A stretch of 64,000 nt of DNA from Tubiluchus corallicola (Eukaryota; Animalia; Priapulida): NCBI GenBank assembly GCA_030141605.1, contig JAQGDQ010000012.1, positions 1,382,359 to 1,446,358 on the forward strand, given 5' to 3'. Position numbers and translations under genes: made by a program. This document shows, in pieces, positions 28,401-41,052 of the stretch (the first letter of the stretch is position 1; the number at the start of each line of letters is the position of its first letter). A model generated the notes under the pieces. The model was not told the origin of the DNA, made no database searches, and saw nothing but the letters and a program-made list of their open reading frames with translations.

Positions 28401-31400
28401 AATTCGAGAATTAGTAATGTGTTTGCACTTTAAAAGTGCTATTGTAAACGTCTCAGTGCACATTGTTTAGTTCAATTTGCATTTTCAATCTGATACAGTG
28501 ATGTCTGTTAGTATCGTAAATTATAGTTTAAAGATATAATAATATTAACAGTTCAATCATAGAACATTGCTGTTTTTAAATTTTAAACCTCATGGTAATT
28601 GCAATTATATATTATGAAGTTATGTTATGTCATGTCATGTCACGTCACGTCGTGTCGTGTCGTGTCGTGTCGTGTCGTGTCGTGTCGTGTCGTGTCGTGT
28701 CATGTCATGTCATGTCATGTCATGTCATGTCATGTTATGTTATGCTATGTTATGTTATGTTGTGCTATGCTATGCTATATCATATCGTATCATTTCATAT
28801 TACATCCATCATATCACTTCACTTCACATCATATCACATCACATCACAATACATCACGTTACATTACACTATATTAATTTTGGACACTATGGTAATTGCA
28901 ATTACAATATAGTAGATTTTTATGCTAAAATGCATGACAATGTATGATATGGGATTTCCATGAACTTTTTATCATGAAGCTTTAAAAATATTTTAAAAAT
29001 GCCAAAACCGGCGGTAAAATGAAAATAATTTTATTCAAATGTTTGCAAAAGCTTCTAAAACATTTTTTCCAGAATATTTACGAATGAACAATTCATTCAC
29101 GCATCGCATTCCCGGACTCTAGCTTGTCGGCAATTTTAAGCAGCTGTAATGCAGAATACATAAATCTTGGCTTCCAGTCATAGTAACATTCATGTGCGGC
29201 AACGAAACAATTTTTTTTTACAAATTGTGCAGGATTTCATGGCGAAAAAATAGCAAAAAAAGTTGTAAATGCCATTTCATAGATTATGGATTTGTACACA
29301 GGTCACGTTTTGTTAGTTAGTGAGTGAAGATAAGGCCTTTCCCACACAGGGAAAACTGCTTATGTGTGGTTACTTGCCATGCTGTAGTGAGGTTATTAAG
29401 ATTTCGTCTGGAAAGACTGATCCAGTTTATATTTGAAAGCATTTAAATTTTGCCAAGGTAAGTCAGCTATAATTCAATGTGCAGTGTGTATGTGACACTT
29501 CACGAGTGAGGCTTTGTTAGCCTCCATCATGAATTTTGGTCCATTTTGGATTTTCAAGCTAGCAACAAAGCCTCTCTAACGCATGCGCTTAAATGCAAGT
29601 TTGCATCATCGTTTAAACCATTTTGCTAACATTTGACACAAAATATTTTCAAGGCGCTAGCGTTTTTAATGTACAGTAGATGTTAAAACTCGTAATAAGT
29701 TTTAATTTGTTACAAAAACCTTTTTTACTTTTTCACCACAAAATTGAGATTTCCACAATTGGCGGCCACTGCAGACATTACTCGTAATAAATTTTTAGCA
29801 GAAAATCAATATTGTTAATTATATTTTGATTAGTGAAGAACAATAGACATGCTGTATTTAGCTTATCTAAAGCGTTGCAAATTGCATCCCCAGAATTTTT
29901 ACCTGGTGATTGGGATAGATGTCAATAATGTAAGGTCTGATCATTTCAACTGCTGCTTTTAGTGCTCTTGATTCACTGCTGCACGTATCCATGCCTTGAA
30001 TCCCTGTCAACAATAATAAAGGTTTAAAAGCTTTTTGTGGAGGTTAAAACGGATACACGTTTTCAATGTCTGCACGGGGAAAGGCAGTGCTTGTTATTTC
30101 CTAAATATACAATAGAAAAATAGATGTTGTTATCATTTTCGTTCTTGTTGCAGAACAAAAAAAATTACAAAAATGCCTGTTGCGCATTATAACTGTACGA
30201 TTAATAGAGGATAGCTTTACCCACAGCCAGGCCTGCTTCTGGGATTAGGCCTGAGATAATCTTAACTTACAAATGCTTGTAAATAAACACATTTTACCAA
30301 ACCTATTACTAAATAGCGCCAGAACGCCATGGAAAAGAAATGATTTAATCTCTAGTATCAAACAAATAACATCGCATACTTTTTACTATTCTTTTTTCAA
30401 CTACATATCAAAGTCTCCCAAGCAGCTGTTTTACAGGCCAGTTTTAATATTATCTCTTAGATTGCCAAGACGTACGGTTTGCTGCCCATTCTTGAAACCA
30501 CTTATTTTCATCATCAATTTCACGGCGACTAAATTTACGACATTTTGTTATTCCTTAGTGTTTCACGCTTCTATGGGCAACTTTAATTCGTAGCTCTGTG
30601 TAATGCGACCCGTTGTTTTAAACCTTCGTAAACAAATCATGAACTGTCCCTGCGAAAGCCATCCTTTAGTGTTTAATTTCACCTCAGAGTTTCAGAACTT
30701 CTCGACTTTCACTTTCCACCGCGATCCCCCTGGACAAGTCATTTATCTTTCTTCAACTTTCACTGGTTTTTCTAACGAGCTTCAGCTGCAAAGAGAGCAT
30801 TTATGTGCTGAAGCTATTTTCATGTGTCAATTTAAGGTAGCATTTCACCATTACAGTCGCAGAGAAATAGATGCATGCGACACGATGCGTGCCGACGGTT
30901 GCGTTCAGGAAGGCACACGTATATAAAGCCATTACACCCCTCTATTTTAGGCATTGTATTTTAATTAGTTGGTCGCGTTTGTGTCCATGTACTTATTTTT
31001 CTGGCCTTTTTTTGTTTGTGTTTGTGTTTCACTCACTTATGTTCAACATGTACTTTGGCTCAATACAAGACTTCTTATTTGACTGCAACCTTGTTAACTA
31101 TAGTAACAGACACGATTTTGTTTCGAATTTACAATTACGAGATATTAGCGAGATCTATACTAGCAGAGACCCTAATTTACCTACTGTGTTCGTGACGAAT
31201 TCTTGTTAACATTCTGTAATCACTGCCAAATCGGCCTGATGTTGTAGCATGCTGTGTTAATTACTGTGGAAAAAAACTGTGATCAGTGGACAATTATCAA
31301 TTTTCTATGTTCAATTTTTAATATTTTTTATAAACTTTAAATTTGTATTTTATTTCATTTTACTGCAATACAGTTGCCACTGATTATCTGCCTAATCTGC

Positions 31401-34400
31401 CCAAAGTATCTTTTGTGCGTAAATGCTGTAATTTTAATTCATTTTATTTTACATTTTCATTGCGTGATTTTCTCCTGCAAATAAAGGGTATTATTCTACA
31501 TATCTATTTTATTAATAAATAATAAATAAATAAATATTAACTCATTAAATGGTGAAAATGGCTAAATGAAATCAAAATATTAATGCTTATTTAATGATGT
31601 GATCCGCAAGTCTTAAAAGGTTTGAAAGAGTGGTAACAGTGCTGGTGGACGAGTCTCATTACTGGTTCTTTCACCCCATAAAAGTACTGCAGCGCATGCT
31701 TAAATATTTAACGTCCGATGAACAAGACTGGTCAGCGGGTTTTACAAAAGCTTGTATTGTAGATATACATAAGAATATGGGTAGTAGTCATTTTGATATG
31801 GCTTCCTAGCTCTGTGGTCACTCATTGCGAAATTATTGTAGACTGGTTAATTTTAGTGCGCATTCAGCTACTCCGACAGCATGAATGTGCATTATTTTAT
31901 TGAAAAATGTTTGAATTGTGCTGCAGTCCAACCAAATACAGGTAACAAATGATAATGCTTAGTTCCAAATATTGTGTAATTTATTATACTGAATAATTAA
32001 AACAAGAGTGCTAACGTGTTATAATAATAACGTATAATGTAGATCATCAATTATTTAATTTATGGAAACTGCATGTCGTTGATCTTGTTATTATCATTGT
32101 CATGCTCTCTTGTGTAAGCTACTACGTCCAAATTAACTCACTACAGGGTGTATGCTTGGCGGAAATTAGTTCTAAAGTGCAATATGTAAGTAACCTGCGG
32201 AGGAACGACGTAATTTGCAACAGGTATACAAGTAAAGCTTCAGAAACCTGTCAGCACAGCAACTATGGCTACGAAGCTTCAATGTGTCCTGGCAACGATT
32301 TTGCCCCTTGATACATGATTTGCGTACTGTCACTTTAATATGGAATTGTAATTATTCCTATAGGCGGTTCTAAGTGCTAGTTAATGATATAATTATTAGT
32401 ATTGCATGCCTTTACATAAGCTTAGGAGACTGGCCAATAATAATTAGGTTTGTTCTTTAAAATATTTAATGGGGACTTCGAGTTTTGGTCTAAAATTACA
32501 GCATGTTAACGTAATAATTACAAGTTTTGCATGATATCCAATTTGCCAAGGACCAGCATCGAGCAATTTAATTATTACATGACTAGTTACAAAATGTTTC
32601 ACTTCTGCAATGTGAAGGTGTTTTTGTCCAATTGCCTAGCTCTAGATACAAAGTACGGTACACTACCCTGTTAACGAGAAAGTCTACTGACAAAGGACGA
32701 GTGAACAAGACGCATTATGATTGGTCATTATTGAACATGTCTATACAAGTTGAAAGGATACAATTGCCACCAAGAAACACACTGCCAAAAAAGACTGAAA
32801 GCGTGAAAGGCTCAGTGACGCAACACAAGGTTTGATGAAACTTTTCCAAATAAATGCTCGAGAAAATTGACTTTGTTGTCCAAGTATCCCTTATAGCAAA
32901 TGATGGATGACTGTTATTAAGCCGTAAATCAGGGTAAGCACAGAAAAGGGTGGGCAGACTCAGAAACAAGTATGGTACAAACATTGCCAAATGACCCAAA
33001 CTGACTGTGTAGAATGATTTCTCGTGGATTGCGCACTCGATGACTGCTACAGACATATTTTTGTGCGTTTAATTCTACGTCTGCAGCTGGTTTTCAAATC
33101 CAAAAAGTAACCGGTAATTAAATTTCAAGCCACAGTGCGTCAAAAGTGAATGATGTTTGATTATCACGAGTCGACCACGCAGTATAGACGCGAGTTTCTC
33201 AATATCTGCTAGAGACAGAATTGGCTTCAATTTAATTTGGACGATTGTAAATCACAGATCTGGTGTGACGTGGCAGCAACAAAGTGTACGTTCATGTAGG
33301 ATAAAACACAAATCAAACTCGCGAACCATAAACTGTTTTAGTGGTAGTAAGTGGCCTCAAAAATGAATTTTTGTAAAAAAAACACAAAGTAGTAGAAAAA
33401 ATACTTACCTAAAAGTCTAGTTATACTAAGCAACTTTCTCCTATAAATCACATGCTACATGTGCTTCTTGACTCGTCAAAATTTGGTTAAGCAAGCCCTA
33501 ATGTATGTGTAGCAAGCTGTTTCAATCAGCTTTTAGTGTCTGATATCAGGCCAAGAGTAATCAAACAATAATCAATTTTTCATTGAAATACAATAGCACC
33601 TTTCAATTATAAATCACCTAACTAGAACTAACACAGTATGAATTCTTGCTTGTACTAGTACCCCACATACATAAATTAGGTAGGCATGCCCAGTTCTGAT
33701 AGCTGACATTGGGGAATAATGAAATGAGCAATTAATACTCCTACATCTATCGGTCTATCAAAATTAACGGGACCAACTTCCAGCTGAACTGATGAATACA
33801 TGTAAGACATTGATTAACAAAAAATCAGCGGTGCAAAAAGATGGATAACTCGAACTGCATCTGCACTATTTATGGTTTTACAACGGCATGGCATGCGGAT
33901 TCCTTGCCAAGGTCCAAAGTTGTTTAAAATCATGGGCAGGTTTTTAACGTCCCTGCCGCTTCCTACGCGGTGTTTCACACCCAGATCGATAGACAGCTGC
34001 CAGAATTATTTGTAAGCAAATCTAACTTAGCAAGAACTGCACGCTGGACCTACATTTGAAAAAATTAGCATGCATTTACGGGATTCCTGTCAGTGGGAAT
34101 TTCTTGAGAAAGTTCCATTAGGTTATATGCAGCAAAAGTTCTGAACCAGAGGAGGAAATCTCCTACGATAGGAATTTCAACGTTTCAAAGCTCAGATTTA
34201 ATTGAAAATAAAAGAGTGAATGTTTTACTTGTTCATTAAAGCAAAATTCCTTCTATGTTAGTTAACTTTGACCTTTTCTTGCTCTTTATCTAAAAACTTT
34301 GGAGCTCATCAGGAGTGTCAAAAGGGGTGGAGTCTGGCAGTTCTGGAAAAAAAGTGGAGTGACATTTTGACATGTGGTGAATAGGGTGAATACGACAAAA

Positions 34401-37400
34401 AAACTAAGCAGACCTTACTACTAAATTCGATAACTGACTTGTTCCTTTTATCAGCCTGTTCAACCTGATATTTGTAAACCTGATATAAATATATATAACT
34501 CCTTACCATAAGAATCGTTGTTGTTTCTAATCTTTCCCCCTTCTATGGCTTGAAGCACACTTGTTTAAATAGTGTCTCTAATAATAAGTAAACAAATCCT
34601 AGCTATAGGTGTGACCGTGTGACAAGACCAGATTGTACTGGCAGTAGTAAAATATTTACTCGCCAATGCACGACAAGTACTAGTAAATGAAGCCATTGAA
34701 TAAAGGCATCTGATGGTGTACCTAGCACTTCGCGCCAATAAATGGTGATTTCTGTTTGGAAATGAGTTTAAACACAATAATTAAACTTGTAAGGGTTGGC
34801 ACTATACTACTAACCCAATTAGAGAGTTAAACATGTCTCACGTTGTGCGCGTTTTGTCACGTAACTTACTGCTAGCTGGCCAATTAAGTGAGTTCCAACA
34901 AGCGCTGCTCTCAAAACTCGGAAATTTCTTTGCTAAGAATATTTTTTGTGTGGGGCAAATAATTTCATTTGAAAATTGAATCAAAAGTCCATCTGCATTT
35001 TTACAAATCCTGAAGTGGGATTTCAGGGATTACAGCGTAGAGGAAGCCGTGTTCAGTAACACAAAAAGCGGTGTTCAAAATATGCTCCCTCTTGTTGTAA
35101 AACGGGAAAACTTTCAAGCACAAGGTATTTTACCAATGAACTGAAATTTGTGTAACGGAACGGAAGCATTCACAGTTAGTAGCTCAGCTGCTTTTCATGC
35201 CAGACGCCACGAACGCAAGTATCCGTGGACCGTTGCACTTTCAACACACCTTACCACTCGAATATACAGTAGAAGCGAAGGCGATATGAACGAAGAGCTG
35301 TCTCTCTCTCCATTTTTAGTTTGATAACTATCTTTTATGAAGAGCTGTCTCTCTCCATTTTTTAGTTTGATACCTATCTTTTTTAAATCTGCTTGTTGTC
35401 TTGGATCGTCTTGATCGACTTAAACCTAACTAGTTCTCGGACTGGTTGCAGCTGCACATGCAGAGGCTTATTATAGGACTACTGCTGCATAAGATATCGT
35501 TCATACGCAGATACCGATGCAACCGAGCAGTTCGTGCTGAAAACTAGTTACCCAAATAAATGGATATGGATAGCCCACATATGTTATTAGGCTTATTAGT
35601 CTCTACTTGATTGCGTGTATTTGAAATGAAAGAAGATACTGCTTGTATTTCTTATTATAATCATGGTTTTCGTAACACAGAATTACAAGTTGAGTAAAAT
35701 GATGACATAATTATGTGTTGTGCAAAGTGTGTATAGCATTTTCCCATGATAAAAATAAAGAGGTAGTTAATCGCAACAAGGTTTATTAATATTAACGATA
35801 TTTCGGGAATCCACTGCTCCCTTTAGCACGTTACAAACGAATCAGACGAAGTGGTTTCCAGAAATATTGCTAATACCAATAATCCTCGTTGTGATTAACC
35901 ACACCTTTATTTTTATTATGGATAACAAACACATTTCCTCAATTTCTTTAAAATTTAACGCTATTTTAATTTATTTCAGTTACAAGCAAGGTTGGCTTCC
36001 GCCACAAATAACATAAATTTTAATCCTGTGACCACGGGTGGTGTCAGACTTTTATACTTGCAGTTTTGTGATAAGTGACTGATGAATTTTGTTCATTCAC
36101 TGAATAAGTGATTCAAGCAACTACTTATGAGTCCTCCACTATAATCTGTCATCCTCAAATGTCACAACCCAAACTACTTAAATTTTTCTGTCAGACGGTT
36201 AGCAACTATGCCATTAAAGCTTGACCCTCACTGACACTTTGAGCAACTAAATTTTGTTTCCAAAACAGCTCAGTTAGCTTCTTGTGACCACTGAGTTGGA
36301 AGCGTCTTGCAGTTTTGTGTTGACTCACATTATCGCTGTAAAGCCTAGACTAAAACTTAGGATCATTGAAACTTATTTTAAACTTACCCAGGGTAAAATT
36401 GGGAAAGAACTCTTGGTGGTTGATCTTGTTCAAAGTGAAGAGCACTGCCTCTAAAAACATGATGCCATCTTCCTCCTGGATTTGTCCGCATTCCTGTGAG
36501 TCTCCTCGCTCATGTATAGGAACAAGCACACCTGCAAGTTTAATATTGCAAGTTTTACTTGTTGCATTACTTAATAATTACTTAATTGCCCCACTATCCG
36601 TCGATTTTCTGTTTCACTGTACACTCAGCTCTGCTCTCTGTTCTATTCTGTTCTCTGTTCTGCTCTGCTCTGCTCTTCTGCTCAGCTTTGTGCTCTGCTC
36701 TTTTTCCTGGCCCTGCTCTGCTCTGTTCTATTCTATTCTATTCTATTCTATTCTATTCTATTCTATTCTATTCTATTCTATTCTATTCTATTCTATTCTA
36801 TTCTATTCTATTCTATTCTATTCTGTTCTCTTCTCTTCTCTTCTATTCTATTCTGCTTTGTTCTGTTCTATTCTATTCTATTCTGTTCTGCTCTACTTCT
36901 GTTCGGTTCTGTTCTGTTCTATTCTATTCTATTCTGTTCTGTTCTGTTCTGTTCTGTTCTGTTCTGTTCTGTTCTGTTCTGTTCTATTCTATTCTATTCT
37001 ATTCTATTCTATTCTATTCTATTCTATTCTATTCTATTCTATTCTATTCTATTCTATTCTACTCTGTTCTATTTTATTCTACTCTGTTATCTTCTGTCCT
37101 ATTCTATTGTACGTCTCTGTATTTCGCTTCGCAAGACAGTAACTAAGAACGGTAAAATCAAGAAAATGTTTATGAAAATTTTCCCACTTCCGCTTGAATG
37201 AAAAATGTACTCCGCGTAGCCATTTGGCTGTAGAGAAATGATCTGAAATTTTTACACAATTTTCGCCTGATATGAATTCAAAATAAGTGGAAACTCAGCC
37301 TGACGGTGATATCAGTATTAACTGTCAATCTAAATTACTACTCCATGTGTCAGTACCATGACTTCTGTCACAAAGCATTATTATTATTGACGTCACAGAG

Positions 37401-39182
37401 AATAATTATTATCTTAATTCTCCACAAAATTCTGAACATTTTTAAAATAAAAAGTACAACTGGGCATAATTTATTTAGTTTTAAAAATAACAACATTTTG
37501 TGAAATAGCATTTTATTTAACAGCAAAAAACACACAAAACTAAGAGTAGGCTCGTTTCGTCATTTACATGGAATGTTTAGATTTAACTTAAATGTTAGTT
37601 CTAAATCTAGAGGCTACCGTATGTATTATACAAACTTAGAAAACAACCGTACCAATATAAATTGATATGTAACACAAACAAAAGATGAAAACATCTAAAT
37701 TATATTTCGTTTGCTTATTGGTCTCTGTTTTTGTTTACATTATTTTGTATGGCGTCATTTTTATATTGAACTACAGTACCAAATTTGGTATTTCTTGGAT
37801 TTAAATCAACACCAAAATGCCGTGTTAAGAGTTAATGACAAAAGGTGCGCATGGATTATTATATAGCATTCGCAGTTTCCTTTCAATTTTCTTTCACTAT
37901 AAGGTTATGAATCTATAATACTGAATAAATAACAATAATTAAATCTGATGCACTTGTGTGTAAACCTTTTTTTTACTAACTTCTCTTAATTAATGTCTAT
38001 TAGATAATTTAGCTTTAGCCAGGTAAGCCAATTCACATGTCTTGCAAGGCAAATGATTTAATGCAGCATAATAAAGTTGCAGAAAGTGGTTAATTGATTA
38101 CCTAACGTGTAATCACATGAAGCAAGCAAACTGTGTATTTAATCCAGGAAATGTTTTTCTGACCTTTTTTGGGGGTAGCGCTTTTTATGTACAAACCAGA
38201 AAATAACTGAAACTCGGGATTATCTGAGATCAATAACTAAGTTTATCTTTATAAAGAAGGATTCTATCCTACTCAGATGTGGATTTGTCTGGTCACATTA
38301 AATGCAAACGGCAGTCCATTTTCTCAATGTCGGACAGCGTGGGTGAAAATAAAAATCTGTTTTACAGATATATTACTAACTTTTTTGAAATTTCTGCGGG
38401 CATTCCAAGTGAAGCAATTAAGGTTGCAATAACATTAACCGAAATCATCAGTACTAAATAATAACTATTGTAGCCAGTATGCACTCCTTCATTATACTTA
38501 GTCTTCGGACATCGAACCCTGTATTTTATTTAACTACAAAGTCCTGGAGCAAAATTAGAAAATGGAACGTTGGACAATTAGCGTGAAAGAATTGATTGAA
38601 ATAAAAGTATTGACACTGTCAATCTGGAGTGTGACGTCATCGTTCGCCTGACTTTAAATTAGGTGTCAATCTTTAATCAGCAAACAGACTTAACAATCCG
38701 TGATTGAATTTGCCCTATAAATAGCACGCTTTGTGTGCCAATAGAAATGTAGGTGAATGAAGAAGTAAATTCCTCACGCTTAAAAGCCAAAATGAAAATT
38801 TATGAACGAAAACGCGCTAATGTAGTACCGTGATCTCATTTTGTTAAAACTAGCAAACTGACACTTTACTATGGAACATTATGGACATTTCGTGTGTTTT
38901 TGTTGATTTATCTGCTCGGTGAATAAACACGTCATGGTTTAAAGTTTTTTTGAAATAATGAGGCACGACTATTTCGTGTTGTATATGAGGTTTTCACTGG
39001 CAGCGCTGATCTTTGATCATTCTCTGATCTATGACTTCACAAAATTAATTAAATATCATACCTAAAATGATATCTCCTGAGTAGTTGGCCACTTTGTCAA
39101 TGCTGAGGACAGCTTCAGTCACCAGCGAAGCAAAAATAAGCAAAATGGTAGCCTTGATGATGTCATGGTATGCTGACGTCAT
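4666..39182 (-). CDS. Metabotropic glutamate receptor-family class C GPCR (mXR/Mangetout/class IV-like), whole gene span, 12 coding exons, 955 aa (961 with the microexon)
   Basis: Exons joined manually at GT-AG sites with matching phases sum to 2868 nt including the stop. Motifs: GDIILG-x[108 protein letters not shown]. Confidence 0.95.
5561..6620 (-). CDS. mGluR-like exon 11 (Cys-rich domain and 7TM)
   Basis: Core of ORF 5481..6671; [14 protein letters not shown]..seven hydrophobic helices..RPEKN; tttcag|..|gtaagt; phase 0-1. Confidence 0.97.
6860..7829 (+). mobile_element. Non-autonomous DNA transposon/MITE, copy 1 (intron 10 of the receptor)
   Basis: Arrays of AAAA(A)TGGCAC at the left end and GTGCCATTTTT at the right end, ending ACCTACATTC; homologous along its length to the reverse complement of 15350-16302. 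Confidence 0.75.
8463..8563 (-). CDS. mGluR-like exon 10 (flytrap end, start of Cys-rich domain)
   Basis: [33 protein letters not shown]; tacag|..|gtaagt; phase 1-0. Confidence 0.92.
10153..10170 (-). CDS. Candidate 18-nt alternative microexon (LRHYQEG) of the mGluR-like gene
   Basis: ttgttttaactattttcag|TGAGGCATTATCAGGAAG|gtaaag; phase 1-1, no stop, preserves frame; downstream (U)GCAUG cluster. Confidence 0.6.
10930..11052 (-). CDS. mGluR-like exon 9
   Basis: [41 protein letters not shown]; aacag|..|gtaagt; phase 1-1. Confidence 0.93.
12605..13009 (-). CDS. mGluR-like exon 8
   Basis: [14 protein letters not shown]...[14 protein letters not shown]...[25 protein letters not shown]...YLKNVAFT; tttcag|..|gtagtt; phase 1-1. 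Confidence 0.95.
13199..13324 (-). CDS. mGluR-like exon 7
   Basis: [42 protein letters not shown]; ttgtag|..|gtataa; phase 1-1. Confidence 0.93.
14025..14224 (-). CDS. mGluR-like exon 6
   Basis: [41 protein letters not shown]...LNSTLKTK; tttcag|..|gtataa; phase 2-1. Confidence 0.94.
14391..14466. repeat. (TA)n microsatellite
   Basis: Directly visible. Confidence 0.9.
15350..16302 (-). mobile_element. Non-autonomous DNA transposon/MITE, copy 2 (intron 5), inverted relative to copy 1
   Basis: Same subterminal arrays; shared internal blocks such as AAAACTAGA..GCTC..GGAAGC.GATCTC, TCGTCTGATT and AAAGATAAACAAGCAAAC. Confidence 0.75.
16772..16884 (-). CDS. mGluR-like exon 5
   Basis: [38 protein letters not shown]; ttgtag|..|gtaaac; phase 0-2. 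Confidence 0.94.
17092..17303. mobile_element. Small MITE-like element
   Basis: Imperfect terminal inverted repeats TAAAGTGGCGTTTAGCATGCG / CGCGTGCTACGCAAACGCCATTTA. Confidence 0.4.
20060..20603 (+). mobile_element. 3' end of a decayed non-LTR retrotransposon (LINE)
   Basis: Frameshifted [30 protein letters not shown] (CCHC knuckle typical of LINE ORF2 C-termini), then AATAAA and a (CTA)n tail. Confidence 0.75.
22163..22492. repeat. (CT)n, (TA)n and (ATCC)n microsatellites
   Basis: Directly visible; source of the IHPS-repeat ORFs. Confidence 0.95.
25213..25389. repeat. (GGTC)n/(AGTC)n microsatellite
   Basis: Directly visible; a shorter copy lies at 26186-26232. Confidence 0.95.
26830..26955 (-). 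CDS. mGluR-like exon 4
   Basis: [42 protein letters not shown]; tttag|..|gtaaag; phase 0-0. Confidence 0.93.
28619..28872. repeat. Compound pentanucleotide microsatellite (CATGT/CGTGT/TATGT/ATCAC)
   Basis: Directly visible. Confidence 0.95.
29903..30003 (-). CDS. mGluR-like exon 3
   Basis: [34 protein letters not shown]; gacag|..|gtaaaa; phase 1-0. Confidence 0.9.
30200..30900 (-). mobile_element. Decayed RTE-like reverse transcriptase fragment
   Basis: Disrupted MKIASA.. and VEKF..VKL motifs resembling MKIS..K / VEKFKYLG. Confidence 0.3.
32640..33060 (-). mobile_element. Decayed CR1/L2-like RT fragment
   Basis: Minus-strand [23 protein letters not shown] matches the LD..L.F..H RT motif. 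Confidence 0.4.
35292..35383. repeat. 47-bp tandem duplication
   Basis: GAAGAGCTGTCTCTCT..CCATTTTTAGTTTGATA.CTATCTTTT twice. Confidence 0.85.
36388..36531 (-). CDS. mGluR-like exon 2 (Venus flytrap)
   Basis: [49 protein letters not shown]; ttgcag|..|gtaagt; phase 1-1. Confidence 0.93.
36630..37110. repeat. (TTCTA)n/(TTCTG)n microsatellite
   Basis: Directly visible; source of the ILFYS-repeat ORFs. Confidence 0.95.
39062..39182 (-). CDS. mGluR-like coding exon 1 (start codon and signal peptide)
   Basis: [41 protein letters not shown]; donor G|gtatga; in-frame TAA 9 nt upstream of the ATG; acceptor cag at 39211-39213. Confidence 0.88.
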
Positions 39183-39208
39183 TACGCTTTGTTAAAGCTC
39201 TGCTTCAT
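39182..39208 (-). promoter_or_regulatory. uORF (MKQSFNKA*) whose TAA overlaps the receptor ATG (TAATG)
   Basis: ATGAAGCAGAGCTTTAACAAAGCGTAATGACG read directly within the first coding exon. Confidence 0.6.
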
Positions 39209-39693
39209 TCCTGCGTTGAATAAAAAGCGCTTTACATTGCAGTCAGTAAAATTAATATTCATTTTATTGCACTGTGTTTAATTTAACCAAAACCGTAAGA
39301 TATGCATAGTAAAATTTTATTTTGAATCATACAAACACTTCAGTCGCAACCTGTGGCCGCCTTATACAAAGTAAAATTAATTATTTATTTTGAATTATCA
39401 ACACGGATCAACAATATAACATCCATACTCTACTAACACTTTGTGAAGTAACGACCATTGGCAGCATACTCCAACTAGCTGACTAGAATACTTCAGGAAC
39501 AAATGCATAACGTCTTTGTCAGCTTTCATGTATATACTATGTATTTCGGCATTCCTCGGTACATCGTGAGGTATAAACGAAGTGCTTTCGTGTGCGTCCA
39601 GCCCTCCAAGAAAATTTGAAATTTGACTAATTTGTTATTTCTGCTTAGCTTGTTGAATTTACCAGTCAAACATAGTATGCAACCAAATTCTCG

Positions 39694-39747
<54 letters not shown>

Positions 39748-39758
39748 TCTCTCTCTCC

Positions 39759-39796
<38 letters not shown>

Positions 39797-39842
39797 TTCT
39801 ATCTCTCTCTCTTTCTATCTCTCTCTCTTTCTATCTCTCTCT

Positions 39843-39893
<51 letters not shown>

Positions 39894-39992
39894 ACTTGCC
39901 CCCTCACTCTCTTTTTCTCTTCTTCCCTTGCTCTGTGCTTCTCTTTCTTTCTCTCTCCCTTTTCTCTTAATCTCTCTCTTTGACTCGCTCTC
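39694..39992. repeat. (CT)n polypyrimidine tract
   Basis: Directly visible. Confidence 0.95.
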
Positions 39993-40808
39993 TTCCTGTT
40001 TCGCATATTAAATAAACTTCGAAAACTCACTGCTCACATTTTTAAAAGCTTTTATGAGACTAATGATTTAATAACCTTGTTAAGCCAGTTAAACGTTTTT
40101 GCAAGGCTTCTTATACAGACAGATAGAAGACCGATGTATATTATGATTAAGAAATGCTTTGATGACATCTCTTTATAGACAATAAAATAAGACAAGGCCA
40201 TCTGAGTGGTATTTTTATTCCACTCTGGCGATAACATATATTTTCTACTCTTTGATAACGAGGAAATATTTTCCAGTCAGTAACAACTTACGTAGAATGT
40301 GTTCTGATAAACATGTACAAATATTTTTGCCGAATATAGATATTTTTATTTTTCGATATTAAGCAGTGCTGCAAAATCCACATTCGTCTTTTATGAAGCT
40401 TGTTATAAATTAAGTTCTACTGGATCTTTAAAGGCTAAAGATCACAGACTTCGCATTCTTCAAAGAAACCGTCGAGGCAGTCAATTTCGCATTAACTAAG
40501 ATGAGTTAGAACCGCTTACAATTAAATGTGCATCAACTAACTAGATCTATATAAAATAATAAATCTATATAAATCTATTGCTCACTCTGTATTATCGTCG
40601 CTGTCGTCGCCCAAGTTGTAGTTATTGGCGGTGTCGTTCTTGGTTAATAGGGTATTATAATTTAATTATAATTTTACTAGTCCTACACGTTAACAATTTT
40701 TTTTGTTAAAGCATCAGCCGCTTTACATTATATTAATTAAGTGCGTTCTGATGTGGCTTCTGTTGTTTAGCTGTCCAAGATGTTGTATATCAGTTGCCTT
40801 ATTAGTCA

Positions 40809-41052
<244 letters not shown>

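Noticed and set aside
33850-35300. Coding-like composition in intron 2, a possible nested gene
   Set aside because: Stops in the frames I read, no consistent splice chain and no recognisable motif; probably a decayed transposon.
36366-37146. 258-aa and 186-aa plus-strand ORFs
   Set aside because: Translation of the (TTCTA)n microsatellite, partly antisense to real exon 2.
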